Assembly (NCBI RefSeq): GCF_037042905.1 | Contig: NC_087247.1 | Coordinates: forward strand, 4,653,196-4,714,000 | Direction: 5' to 3' | Length of the DNA: 60,805 nt | Source of the DNA: Lytechinus pictus | Lineage: Eukaryota | Part shown: positions 25,161 to 38,896 of the stretch, piece by piece | How the letters are laid out: the number at the start of each line of letters is the position of its first letter | Position numbering within the stretch: the first letter of the stretch is position 1 | Made by a program: the position numbers and the translations under genes | The notes under the pieces: generated by a model | Seen by the model: the letters and a program-made list of their open reading frames with translations, nothing else | Told to the model about the DNA's origin: nothing | Databases searched by the model: none

Positions 25161-25719
25161 CAACAGGCACTAGGTCTCGTGAGTTGAATTGGTTAGCACT
25201 ACACTGCTACATTGCATGACTTATTTCATTTAAGCTGTGCACCCTAAATGTGTATGAGCTGTTTCCATTGTTCAATATACCTTTCAAAATAAAGGTGCAA
25301 TTTTGATTAATGTATTCACTTAACTACTATTTCTTAGAATTTAACAATACCCTTGACTTGGAATTCTTGGGGTGTTTCACAATGGCTTTACAGTGACTTG
25401 AAATCATACGTAAATCATCTTTTGCATGCGGTGTCTGGTCACTGGGGAATCTTGCAAAGAGAGTTGGAATCAAACTTAACTCCAGAAATCAATCAAAGCT
25501 TGAATTTCAACCGATCCAACGCACAAATTTGGGACTTGCGGTTGATTGTCTTTTTTAAGTCGAGTTTAAACATATCTATTTCTGCAATTGGCCCAGACCA
25601 TGTTCAAGGAAAGTATACATCCATAAAATTCACCGTTTGGCATCAATCACAAATTTAAGCACAACTTTAAGTCACACTTAATTCTTGTGAAACAGCCCCC
25701 TGAATCATGACCCTTGACC

Positions 25720-28700
25720 TCAGTCTATGCAGTCTGCTATGTGGATGTTGAGAGTGTCGTAATCGGGGAACGTCAGTTGGCACTTGGGGCACCAGTTTGC
25801 TGTGGTAGCCTGTTGGGGCTGAAAAGGTAACAGATGAATGCATTGAGAGTATTGAAAGAAGTCAGAATAATTCACGACGAAGCAACAACAAAGTATGGAA
25901 TTTGTGGTTCACACGTCTGCCATCTAGAAGATTAGTGTAGAGTTAAATTGGGGGAAGGCATTTTGGGATAATTCCCTCTCCACCCACCCCCCCCCCCCCG
26001 AAAAAGAGAGGAAAAACTTGGGTAAAACAGAAAGCAAGTATTACAGATACAATTGCTATATTATAACCAGTTCATGACAAAGCAATGGCATTTTGGGGAA
26101 AGCCCAATGACTAAAGATACAGAACCCTTCCTATAATTTTATTTTATTTTTTTACAAAAATGACAATGCAATCCAAACATAAAATTGCTCTTTTTCCATG
26201 CAAAGGTGGCAAATTCTCATCATTCTCAATACATTTCAGTTATATATACTTAAACAAGTAAACCATAGTAATGAAGAAAGAAAAATCACATTTGTTGCCA
26301 ATAGCGTAAATAAGTCTTCAAATTATGCATTGTCATAACAAGTAATAGAGTGAACAATGAGAAGCCCAAATGCAGGGGACCTTCCAAACTCGAAAGGAAT
26401 TGCCGTTGATAGACTTACCGTTCGCAGCTCTTGGGGCTGATATGTTTCTTGGAATCGATCGACATTCCCTGCTTCGTCTTCACCGGGAGCTTCGTAAACA
26501 TGGCGTCTCATGCCAAACATCTCCCCACCCCCTATGGGTAAAGGGAAATATGTGGAGTACAATCAAAACTCATTCATGAAATCATTCAATAGTGATTTCA
26601 GTTAAGTCCCTTTTTTTTCATTATTTCATGCATTTGATATGTAGAAGTCTACATTTTCAAACCAACATAAATCGCGGTAGAATTATACAGGTCTCTAAAT
26701 TTGATTCATATAAGTGCCCACAGAAATTGTGGCAGGATTATACAGGTTCATTATTGAGATATCAAACGTCCTTAGTTTTAAAACCAAATTGGTAACTTTT
26801 CATCTTTGAGATGAAGTGCATGTACCTTTATGACTTTTGTAAAAGCAACGCCAATTTTGTAGATTCAAATAACCAATTCATGGTGTAGCTATCAAACACA
26901 TGAAAATCTTGCACACTGACATACCCATCTCCACTCCCTAGGGTGTATGTCCATCAATCAGCTTTTGCCATCCCTATGGACCCCTCTTTCTCCAGTAACC
27001 TCATGAACATGGTGTAGCTATCAAACACATGAAAATCTTGCACACTGACATACTCATCTCCACTCCCTGGGGAGTATGGTCATCAATCTGCTTTTGCCAT
27101 CCCTATGGACCCTCTTTCTCCACCTCGTGAAAATGGTGTAGCTATGAAACATGAAAATCTTGCACACTGATAAACTTATCTCCACTCCCTGGGGAGTATG
27201 GTCATCAATCTGCTTTTGCCATCCATATGGACCCCTCTTTCTCCACCTCGTGAACATGGTGTAGCTATGAAACATGAAAATCTTGCACACTGACATACTT
27301 ATCTCCACTCCCTGGGGAGTAATGCCATCAATCTGCTTTTGCCATCCATATGGACCCCTCTTTCTCCAGTGACCTCTTGAAAAAGAAGTAGCGTATGAAT
27401 TTACATCCCTCAGACCTATCTCTACACTCGCTAAAACCCACAACATTAATTCAATTGCTTTTATTCAACTACACGATTATGACACGATCACGCATATAAA
27501 AGTACAGATTAAACCTACCTCTCCTATCATAACCAAAGCCTGTCGTCGGCCCATACGCAGTCCCCGCCACGGCATGCAGCTGTTCCCGGTGGAAGTCTTG
27601 GAGTTCGCTCTCCATCTTCTTGTTCTCCCGCAGTAAGTTTTCAATCTTAGCCTGCAGTTCACCCTTCTCTGTGTGCATGTTTTCCCTCGCTTTACGCTCA
27701 GCCTTGAAATCATCCTTGCACACCTCCATCTAATTTTCAAAGTTTAATTTTAATCAATGTTTACATTTATGCTTGTATTTTTCATGTTATGTATGTGTAT
27801 TCACCCCCAAATGTTGGGGGGCTCCCAACAAATGGTCTTATTTCTTTCTCTGTCTCTCTTCTTATGTATATGTATGCACCAGCTAATGATGTGGAGAGCC
27901 TTCCAACAGAATTTCCTGTTTCTTTTACATGATCCTCAGGCATTGGTTGGTGTGCAAAGTAACTCTCTTTATTTTTGCGTCAACCATGTGATTTTTCTAT
28001 TGTATTTTGTTATCATCTTGACTGGATATAAAATAATTAATTAAAAAATAACATCTGTTTGTTTTGAAAAATTTGAAATAATCGGCAGCAAAGCAATTAT
28101 CGAACAATGTTCTGATCTTTGATTGGTGCGTTTGGGGTCTTCATGAAGATTGTAATGTCAAGCCATTGCTTTTGTAGGCAAACTGGCTAACCCCAGAAGG
28201 ATAATAAAAGGAATTTGATTTGATGAAAAAGGGGGATAGAAAGAAGCAGTTCTAGAAGAAAAATATTTGTTTTAATCTTTTGTGGTGATCCTCAAATTAG
28301 CAATGCTGCTTTAAAATGGTTTTTGTGGAGACTTCTTCTTCATGTAACTTAATTTGACATTTGACACATTATCAAATTTGAATAAAACTACATATTATTC
28401 CAGATAATACTCAGAATAAATCAAATTAAAGAAATTTCAGACACTTTGTGCATTATTGCTGAGCTTTCGAAGAGAAACAAAGTATCAAAATTATCAATGA
28501 TACAAATTTGAAAACCACATTATCGTATTACATCAATCAAAATAAATGAATTTCATATCCATACTAATAATAAATACATACTAATTCAAATAGAATGAAG
28601 TTTCTGACACAAAATACAATTGAAGACATTATACTGACCTGTTCTTTCCAAATGTGTCTTTCATTGTCATATTTCTTAGCCAGCTGCTCAAACTTCAACT

Positions 28701-31700
28701 TCTCCCGTTCCTTGGCCTCAATAGCCTCCTCTGCAGATAAAATCTCTGCTAAGTATCGGTCCTCTTTCTCTTGGTACTATAGGGGCAAATAAAGGGGGAA
28801 ATATTGTAAGATCATTATGTTCATAAATAAATTATTTCTTTATGCAAGATAACGATCATGCATAACTTTCCAGGCCCTTTCGAGGGAGTTTAACTTTTCT
28901 CCCCAAATTCAATGATTATATTTAACATTCTCCATTATTCAATAAGGAATGACTTTTAAAAAAAAGGTCCCTTGCTCTGTTTGGGGGTTCTAAACATCAA
29001 ATATTTTTTCTTTGACCAAAATAAATGAAATAGTTATTGAATAATGTGACCTCATCTTCTTCTGTTGGGGCTGTATATCATTTTTTCTGTTCTAAACATT
29101 GAATCATGTTCTCTGTAATACTGTGGGAGTAACCTTTTCTTTCCTTGAATAGTTTCTGAACTTCATCATAAAATTACAAAGTCTACCCATTGAATATTGT
29201 GTCAATTAATACAGAGGTCTGTGTTTTAGTTTTCATTCATTTTCCCCCTTATAACTATAAATAAGGCCAACTTGGTGCACATCACACAATGTACAAACTT
29301 AATAGTTCTATACATTTACATAATAGAAATATTCATTTGATTTTTCTCTTTAGGCCATTGACATATCATGGGGTAAAGAAATGGTTGTAGAGTGCAATCA
29401 TTCTTGTACCAGATTTGGGGCGATTTTGTATCAAATTGTCGCCCAAAAGAAGGTTTTGAGGATATTAAATGGGAATTTGGGCTGCAATAGGGGGGGGGGG
29501 GGAGGAATGGCCTGTTGCCCCCTGGGTTAATTCCTACACTACTACTAACCTTACTCTTGTCTTTCAGTAGCTGGTTTAGTTTGACTTGAGAAGCACCTAA
29601 TTCTTCCTTGCACTTGTCATGCTGTAACCTACAAAAAAAGAAAGAGACACAAATATAATAAATATATCCAATATGTATCTTCAACGAAGTAAACTCAGTA
29701 TTAAACATATCACTTTGTGCATAAGCATCATCTAAACCCTACGTCATATTGTATCATAACATATCTACCTGAAAGTATTTTTTATGAAAAAATAGCTACG
29801 TTATTATATATTATATGACAAGTAGATAGATCCTTGTCATTTTATTGGTTGTTTGACATCGATCATTCAGCCCATTTACAATGACACCATCAACTGTGCA
29901 ATGTTGGATCTATTCATCGTGCAATTTTGGATCCATACGATTTTGTACATTGCACGCGCGCATCGAGACTGCAGGCCATAGCTGCAGGCACCACAAGTAA
30001 AACCACCACTCGTGTTTGCAGCACGTATGTATACATTTACGCGAGAATCTATCCACCGATCTCGCACTGCATGAGCATATTTTGCATCGATATTGATAAA
30101 ATTCACAGAAATACTGATCAAATAAGGTGTCCAAATCATTCATTGTCACAAATGGGATAATACGGATATGAGTCTGTCAATCTTCATACAGCCTTTGCCC
30201 TGTAACACAAAGCATGCGAATTGATCATACTGTTGATCAAAGGAAACCAAAATCCAAGAAGAGAAGCAATCTTATTGGAAAGAGTAAAATGAGAAGAACA
30301 ATTTAAAACCAGTTTCATAAAAAAGAATACCGGTAAGCGAGTTATGGAAGTTTGAAAAATCTTGTTGTACTTTCTATGTGGATCCTCAAATTGGCAAACA
30401 TGCTTCAAAATGGCTGATTTTGTGGACATCCCTCCATTTGCTTTGTACACAAATTTTCAGATTTCCCTCTTTATTTTACATATTTCACATCATCTCCTGA
30501 CCTTGACATATGTGGTGTGGATTATATTTTTCCATGACATATGTTATGCTCATAATGAGGCAATATGCAATTTCAAAGAAAATAGGGAAAATCTGAAAAA
30601 TTGTGTACAAAACAAAAGGAGAGTTGTCCACAAAATCAGCCATTTTGAAGCACGTTTTCCAATTTGAGGACCCCCATAGAAAGTACAACAAGACTTTTTA
30701 AATGTCCATTACTTGCTTATTTCACAACCGATTTTGCTGAAACTTGTTTTAAATTGCACCTCTTATTTTACTTTTTCCATTAAGATTGCTTCTCATCTTG
30801 GGTTTTGGTTTCCTTTAAAACTTGTGATTTAACATAATGTAATCAATCATTAAAATCAGCCCTCCCATAAAGCGCTAAGCTTCGTGTTGAAGGATTGAGT
30901 ACTTACTTCTCATGTAAAGCCTTCTGTCTCTCCGACTGACACAGGGTTTCCTTTCTCTTCAGTTCCACGTGAACGGTATCAATGTAGCTCTGTGCTTCTC
31001 GCCTCGCCTTGGCAAGCTCGTCGTGGTACATCGTCACCCTCCTCTGCAATTGTTCATTTCTATTAATAAAACCAACCAAAAAAGTTATCGGTTAGACCAT
31101 TTGATTGCTGTTCACTTGGCATGGAATACTCAGCCATTCCATTGTGACTCGCGTGACATTTACACAAAATTTAAACGGTTAATTACTTGCAAATTTTCAA
31201 TTCAGACCTATTTTTTCCTATTTATTTGAATCAAAGTATTAGCAATATGCATTGTCATACAAAAAAAATTGAACTTACAGTCATATTTGTAGGAGACATT
31301 TCAATTTGTTTATTGTGACTTGCATGATGCAACACTATTGAAGATTCATGACCTTACTGTATTTCACTGGAATTTCCTCAGAAGATGCTCACCAGATTTT
31401 GATAAAATTTTCATATCAAAATTTAATTAATTCCTGACTTTTTATTTTGAGTCCATTGCCATTTGAAAATGTGACTTGCATGACACAAGAGTATGACTTT
31501 TTGTCTAAAAATTGGATCAATTATCATGACTTTTTTTTTCATTGGGGATTGACCTTCATAGATCAATATGGCCTTTGTCAATCCCCTCCACATTTTGATT
31601 TTCTATGTATTTTTTATGAAGTATATTGTAACTATTTATACTCGTATTGTAATTATCTATGTATGTATTTGATTGTACTGATTTTTTTTTTACTCAATAT

Positions 31701-34700
31701 GTGAAAAATGAATTGAATTAACAAACAAACAATTACAGTCAGTTGTATCCCATACAGCTTAAAAGCAAAGGAAATTTAAAAGTCACTCTGATGGTAGAAA
31801 TTGGAACTTGTAATACAAAACAATGTTTTTCCCATTGACTTGTGTATTATACAAACACAATTTAGAAAAAAAACTAACATGGAAACCTATGATTACATAC
31901 ATTGTGTAATTGTTAATATCTGAAAAGTATTAGAGATAGAGGTAAGAATATCTTACACTTGCTGCTGCTGTTTAACATGCGATTTCTCTTCATCCAGATA
32001 TCTATCTTTCAGGTCAAGCTCCGCAACGAGACTGGTAACTTGCTGTTTCAGTTCATTGCTAGCACTATGGTATCTTGGCTCCTCCTAATATAAAATGAAA
32101 TTACAAGTCCAATTAGAAAATCAAATTCTTAAAGGTTCATGCATGTATATTCAAAATAAATTTTGTAGTCTATTCTGACTTACAATTTATTCTTTTTACA
32201 ATACAGTGAAGGGTGACAACTGATCGGGAAAGTGTTCTTCATACATTGAAAAGGTGGTCTTCAGGACAAATTCCTTTCCATGTTCCAATGGGAAATCCTC
32301 ACATTAACATGTTTTGCATAGTCAATTAAGTTTCATAAACATACCTGTAGTTAATACAGGGGCAATGATCAAAGTTCTGTTCTCCTTAATTTGAAATTCG
32401 TAAATGCATCCAGATTGTTGGATTTAAAAACAAATGAAAAACCCATTTCGCTCCCCAAAAGTGTTGTTATTGTTGTCTAAGTTCATAAGGTCATTCAAAT
32501 ATCATAATTGAGAGAGCAGATATTGAAATAAGCAGCAAAATTAGAGAAGTGTGAAAAAATCACCCTTAAAAGGGTACAAAAATGCCTCTTGAGAACTTTG
32601 AATAATAACAATTCTAAAATGTACCTGCAATGTGTGCTAAACTCATCTATGAAGTGACAGATCAATTCTATTTAACTCAAAAGTTAATGGGTCTATGAAC
32701 ACTTCTACAAAATTATTCTGGTCAAAACCCTTTTTAGCAAAATCAATTACGCTATTGTGTAGGAGGAACAGCACACTTTTCGCGCTATATTTATGTAAAA
32801 AAATATAAGCATCATGGAAGCGTTGTGTTCTGACTCTTGCCTTGTAATAAGAGGGTTGTGCGTTTGGCTTGTATGACTTGTATGTCAAAATTATGACTTA
32901 TGTGTGTCTTTTATTTATTTATTTTTACTTATTATGTTATCATGTCTTGTACTGTCCTGTCTCTTGTTTTGTCTTGTCTCTTGTTTTTGTCTTGTCTTCT
33001 ATGTCTTGTCATTCCCTCTCTTTTTCTGCTTTTCCTTCTGTCTATTGCGCAACATATCCTTCACAGCGAAGACCTCTTTGTGTGAATAACTTTGCACTTG
33101 TTTTGTAATTATGCTTACATCAATATGATTTCGACCTTTTTGTTCCTTCTCTTTCTTCTTTCCTGTATATAAACGCATATATGAATAAGTGGATTATATT
33201 TTCTTCATTTCCAAGGGGGATACACACTTTACAAGCTTTGCTTTTTAGTGGACCCCCTTCATTTCCATTCATGCTCAATATTATACCGTTTTTTTTTGTT
33301 TTACGAAGTAAGAATGCTCGTCTGTAAAATTGTATTTGATTTGTATTACTTTATATTACTTTGTATTATGTTTTGAATGGAAATGGAATAAAGAGTTGAA
33401 TTAGAATTGAATTGAATTAAAATCCTACTACGGCCTAGCGTCCTTTGGCAAGGCGTCAATCCACAATTTGCCACTCTCACCCAGGTGCTAATTGGGTATC
33501 GGTAGGAAACAATTGTCATTGCGGTTGGTTTAGCAAGTATGCGCTTGACAGGCTGATAGAAAAGCTATGAATCCAGTGACCGGGTAATAATAATTGTGAA
33601 GCGCTTTGAGCAGTCATAGAATATTATCGCTATATATAAAAGCTAATTATTAAAAACTTACATCAAAGGCTTGCTTCTGATGCTTTTCTGCGGCCAGTAA
33701 CGTCAGCTCATCCAGCTTAGCCATCATTTCATCCATCTCTGTCTTGTGCTTCATATCGTCCTCTTGACGTTGTCGTTCGATCGCCTCAGCAACATGACTC
33801 TCCCGCATCCCTTGCAGACTACGCAGCTCGGCCTGGCTTTTCTTCAGCTGCGTGTCCAGCGCCTCGTTCCGCATTCGTTCTTTAGTGAGGGCGCTGTTTG
33901 TATCTGCGACCTGCTGCTGGAGATTCTGGAGCTGACCGAGAACATTTTCCATGGACTGGTCATATGCACGTTGACCTGGATGTAAAATTTGATTGCAGAA
34001 TTGATTGAAGTTTGATGTTGAGATATATGTGGAGCCCAATGCATAAAAGACTTAAAGGGGTACATGAATTTAGTAGCAGACAGTCATTTTGCTTTAATAT
34101 GAATTATAATTTTAACGGGTATATATTGAGGAAATCATTTTACTTACGTACGGGTATATATTTTTAAGACAATTTGTACTTTTATTCTCTTGTATATTAC
34201 AAGAGATTAAAAATGAATTTTATTTTTCCCCAAATAATATATTACAAATATTTGAAAGCCATAGGAAGCCAAATTTCTGTTATACGTTGAGCCTGCATCC
34301 AAAGACCAAACCTCATACTTTCCAGAAATTCCCAGATCAAAATGACCCCGTGTAATGATAGAGGGACAAAGGTCATCATGTATAGTATACTCACCAGTAG
34401 GAGAGAGTGGAGAAGGGGTTGGTTTTCTCTCTCTTGAAGGTGACTTCCCCGTCTGAGGTTCCGGATCTTGTCCCTCTTGACGAAGTGATCTTGACGGACC
34501 TTGATACTGGATAAGATCACACAAGACCAAATGTGTTTACTTGGTTTTTTTTTTAAACAACAACAACAACTTCATGTAAATAATAGCTAATGACAAATAG
34601 ATGGAAAGCCTTGATCATATCGAAAAAACAAATTTTGGGCAAAAATTTTTGAATGACAAAAAAAAACACAATGATAATCGTGAAAATCAAATCGAAATTC

Positions 34701-37700
34701 AATGAAATAAAACCATGCATCATTGGAAAACCGACCAATCTAACCCATTCGCAGCCTTTTGTATGATCAAGCAGGTGTTTGCTGAGCCTTTCCTGCAGAC
34801 TTCAGTGTGTATGTATATATAATGAAAAATTACATTTCTCTAATTTTAATAAAGACTTTTTACTATCTCCAATCACTTTCTCATATGCTCATAACATTTG
34901 CGCCCAGCCACCCTGAAACCAACAACAAGTCATCAAGGAAGATTCTCCTCGAATAGCCAAAATAGTAATTTGGTCTTCAAAAAGCAATTTGATTATCTGA
35001 AAGAGTAATTCTGCCTCTTCATACTGTCAAAATTTCAAGTTGTAAAGTTGAAAAAAAAAGCAAGATACAAGAGTTTCTCTCATAGAAGCTTTTGCGGACT
35101 GCTTGGAACGTTCATTGAGATTGTGTGCACATTATCATGCTTGAGTGAACCCTGAACTCGTGACTGAACTCCAAATGTTGTTTTCTCCTTATTGCTTGAA
35201 GCTCTTGCTTAGTCTCTTCTGCATTCAATCCAGTTGTTGTAAGGGTTATTGTTGATCGATTTTGACAAGTTATATGTCATTTTAAATCTTAGGATGTGGC
35301 TTCTCAAACTCAATAAAAATCTGAAAATTCATTTTAGGGTGACTTATTGTTGGTTCTGGGGTGGTTGGTCACATATGTTTACTGCAGAACAGACAATTTG
35401 CATTTTAAAATAAATACCATTTCAACATCCTCAGTAGCGAGGATCTCCTCAGCTTTCTTGATATGGTCCATCAGCTTCTCCAAGATGTCTTTCTCCCGAT
35501 GTTCCTGCTTCATGCTGGAGAGCTCCTCACGTAGGATCTGTTCCACGGCCTGCATGTGGTGCTTCAGCTCCCCAAGGATAGGTCCACAGTACGACTCCTG
35601 GCCTCCTGCAGGCAGGTCAGGGGACTCCTGGTTCTGGTACTTGGAAATCTAAGATAGTGATACACAGGATTTGTAGTATATGTCAAAAGAATGTAATGAT
35701 AGTAACCCAGCGAGTGTTTCATGAATTGATTTTTAGACATGCTATCAGACAAGTCCTGTTTTATCCATCTGGTTCCATAGTAACAGCGCTTCTCAATCAA
35801 TCAAGATCAAGGAAAGTTGTCAGATCTGACAACCATTCGGACAAAAATTTTGATGAAATGCTTCCCTTAAACAAAAATAATTAACAAAAGGTAATATTTC
35901 ACTAAGCAGAACATGTTTCAAGGTGTGCAAATCTTATTCTGTGTCTGGTATTACACCTTGAATACCAAGTAAATTGGTAAAGGAAAGATTAAAAAAAATA
36001 CAATTATATGTATTGTATATAAATTATAAGAATACAAAAATGTATGTTACAGTATGAATAACAGGAGTGGAAATATACATGTAATATGGTATTTTTTAGG
36101 GGAGGAAAAGCAATGATTTATATAAATTATAATGTGCCAAATCCACTCTGCAGAGTGCTCAGACGTAATGAAAGATGAAGGAGGAAATAAAAAACACTGA
36201 TAGATGATTGAGAATGAGAAGTGTATTTTAGAGCTCTGTGTCTTCAGGTAATCATATGTTTAAATACATCAACATAAGTGCAGCCTAGTATAACCACAAA
36301 GCAAGATCATCCCAGAGAGATGAACCAGCACTTGCAAAACCAATTTCCCCATGGCTTTGAAGGTTTAACAAGAAAACCAGATTTGGACGATTGTTATGGT
36401 CTCTAACAGGATAGTATTTGTGAAGTACATAAATCAAGTAGAAGACGTTATTTAAGACAAGAAGAAACGTTTCTGTAATTATGATAACAGTACGAACAGT
36501 AATATATGTCACAAGTTAAGGGGGTTCCAGTCCTGCTGTGGTACTTATACATTTGGCAAGCCATTGATCAACATTTGCCAAACACAACCCAGGTGAGGTC
36601 AATTAACTTAGTAATTGTTGCCAATTTGAACAATGATACAGATAAATTCTATCAGAAAAGAGATGTATGTAAGGCTATTTGTTTCTGAAAGAAGGCGCAA
36701 ATATTCACTACTGTATGATAATGTACGTGCCGTATAAGCTAAAACAACAACAACAGGCTATTTGTTTTTGAAGCTGATTCATAACCAAAATACAAACATT
36801 GCTAATTTGATAAATTAAGATAAATCATGAAAGGGTTAAAAGAACATTTAAGTTCACCTGTTCCTGAAGGTGTTTAATCTTTTCTTGCAGTGTCTGGACC
36901 TTCTTTCTGGACTTATCGTGGAGGTCCACAAATGATTTCTTGAGCTGAGCGTTCACAGCCTTAAAATTCTCCAACTCTACAATTTTTGGTTTCCATGCTC
37001 CAAGACAAGTAATTGCCTGCGCATATTGTTCTGCAACCAAGAAAAACACATGGCACTAACTGATTTATACAATATTATGAATATTATAGAACAGTGCAGT
37101 ACATAATTCAAACAATTTAATAGCTAAGATTCGTGTTCCAGGCTTTACTGTGATGGTCGTGACAAATATATCACAAGTCAACCTCACAGTTGGTAACTGT
37201 ATGCATACTAACTATCATAACAGAACGTGCTACTATCTTGCTTTAAAAATGAAATACAAGGGTCACAATCTGCCACTTAATGATAAATTTGTACTTCATA
37301 TCCATAAAGCGTTTACACTTGTATACGTCATTGATCATAAAGTAGGACCTACATGTATAAATTTATATCATATTCACAATGTGGGGAACAAGTATTTACA
37401 TTATTCAAGTTCATTGCAGTTTTGTTCAGCAATCATGGATAATGATCTTTTATTTTGTTCATTGCTTTTAAGCCAGAGTTCACCTCTTTAACCCCAATTT
37501 ACATTCCTCTTTTCTTCAGCCTCCATCAGCCTTCTTACCTTTGTAATTCCTCATCTATCTTTGTTATCCCTCTCTTTGTTACCCTCATCTATCCTTTCAT
37601 CCCTTGCATCCCTCACTTGACTATTCCTTTTGTTTTCAAATTCCTTTATCTCTTGGTCCTCTCTACAGCTATGTTAATTCCTCTCCTCCTAGAGCTCTCC

Positions 37701-38239
37701 TGATTGACCGAGTCATGAATATTTATTTTGTAAGACTCTCTGATGTGATTGGATCTTCTACACAAATACATTACTTTCTTATTGTTATACTTTACTTAAT
37801 TTGAATATTTATTTGCCACTCTCACCCAAGTGTTCTTGTGAATAATGAATTACATATGTCCTGCCAAGAACAGACAGTAGACCACAGGCAGAAATTCAAA
37901 ACAGCAACATCTACCCTCTGTTCTTGTTCTGTGTTGGAAGAACCCCTGGATACTTAGAGCTTATAAATTATACAACAACAACAACAACTAGGCCTAATTA
38001 AATCATGTTTAAGTTAAACATGAATTCAGAATGTAGTCTTTACCTTTGAGCTGACGGTTCTCATTTAGAGCCGACTCTGCTGCCGTCCTCATCTCCTCCG
38101 AGTTGATAAAGGTTGTCAGCATGCCGCTACCACTCTGCATCATTGGATTGTTGTCAGGTCTCAGTCCAACTGTAGGGGATCTACCATCACGTGGGATGTG
38201 TTGGTTTGGGTCTGTCGTAAGGAGCCGATCGTCATTCAT
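25720..38239 (-). CDS. OPTN: NEMO (IKK-gamma)/optineurin-family ubiquitin-binding adaptor, ~648 aa, 12 coding exons
   Basis: Exons (minus) 38239-38044, 37030-36858, 35648-35418, 34506-34395, 33975-33662, 32084-31957, 31059-30907, 29628-29550, 28776-28639, 27729-27519, 26531-26419, 25818-25720; all GT-AG, total 1947 nt in frame. Coiled coils with QVTSLVAEL and SERQKALHEK, UBAN AEEAIEAK...QMEVCKDDFKAERKARE, C-terminal zinc finger CPKCQLTFPDYDTLNIHIADCID*. OPTN versus IKBKG orthology is not resolved. Confidence 0.9.
26879..27381. repeat. Intronic tandem repeat, 4 x ~123-129 bp
   Basis: Units begin (c/a)atggtgtagctat at ~26879, 27008, 27132 and 27255. Confidence 0.9.
30241..30814. mobile_element. 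Long-TIR MITE (Kolobok-like)
   Basis: AGGAAACCAAAATCCAAGA...TCTTGGGTTTTGGTTTCCT-TTAA. The ~200+ bp inverted arms explain the mirror-image spurious ORFs 30362-30667(+) and 30485-30691(-). Confidence 0.8.
32640..33420 (+). mobile_element. Probable LINE 3' remnant with 3' UTR stem and (TTGAA)n tail
   Basis: ggggatacacactttacaagctttgctttttagtggacccc stem, then AATAAA followed by ttgaa repeats. Confidence 0.4.
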
Positions 38240-38477
38240 GATGATCTAATGATAGTCTTTGAGAAAAAAAAAAAAGAACAATAAAACATGCCCATTTATA
38301 CATCAGAAAATAACTGCATATGCTTTAGAACTTTGCAACATCATTTCAAAGGAAATTTTAATAGGAAGATGATTAAAAGTATCAAAAATACATTTGCAAA
38401 CAGTTACTGTTGCTTTTGCGGTGGCAGGTCATATGTATAAATGTACAAAAAACAAAATCCAGGACACTGCCTCTTAA

Positions 38478-38896
38478 GGCCACCGCACACCTTACGACCC
38501 GACTGGTCTGCGACTGGCTTGTGACTGAGTGAGGGGAGATGAATCGCAAGGTGGTCATAAGCCTCGACACCGCACAACCTTGCGATCCGATCTGCGACTC
38601 ACGCATGCGCTTTTTGCTTTTTGCCATAGCAACTGAGAAAGTGCGCTTACTACCGCGTATGCGCGCTGTTTATCATATACGCGTCGTGCAACTCTGCTGT
38701 CTGATTGGCTGGAAGTTGGATTGAGCTTGCGATCCAGTCATAAGGATTCGACATGTCAAATCCTTACGATTTTCCTTGCGACTTGTCTCTGACCGGTCTG
38801 CGACTCTCAAGCTGACAAGAGCTGTGACGTCACATCTCCCCACACTCAGTTGCAAGCCAGTCGGCGACCAGTCGGGTCGTAAGGTTTGCGGTGGCC
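38478..38896. mobile_element. MITE with GGCCACCGCACACCTTACGACCCGACTGG TIRs (PIF/Harbinger-like)
   Basis: ~29 bp inverted termini flanked by TAA/TTT(A); CpG-rich interior. Confidence 0.8.

Noticed and set aside
26879-27381. CRISPR array or standalone 130-aa ORF (27054-27446)
   Set aside because: Contiguous ~125-bp tandem units with no unique spacers, in a eukaryotic intron with no cas genes; the ORF is a by-product of the repeat.
30184-30691. Pair of similar ORFs on opposite strands
   Set aside because: Mirror translations of the inverted arms of a MITE.
36920-36940. SFVDL as an optineurin-type LIR motif
   Set aside because: It lies within the first predicted coiled coil and lacks the upstream acidic/serine run, so it is probably a chance match.
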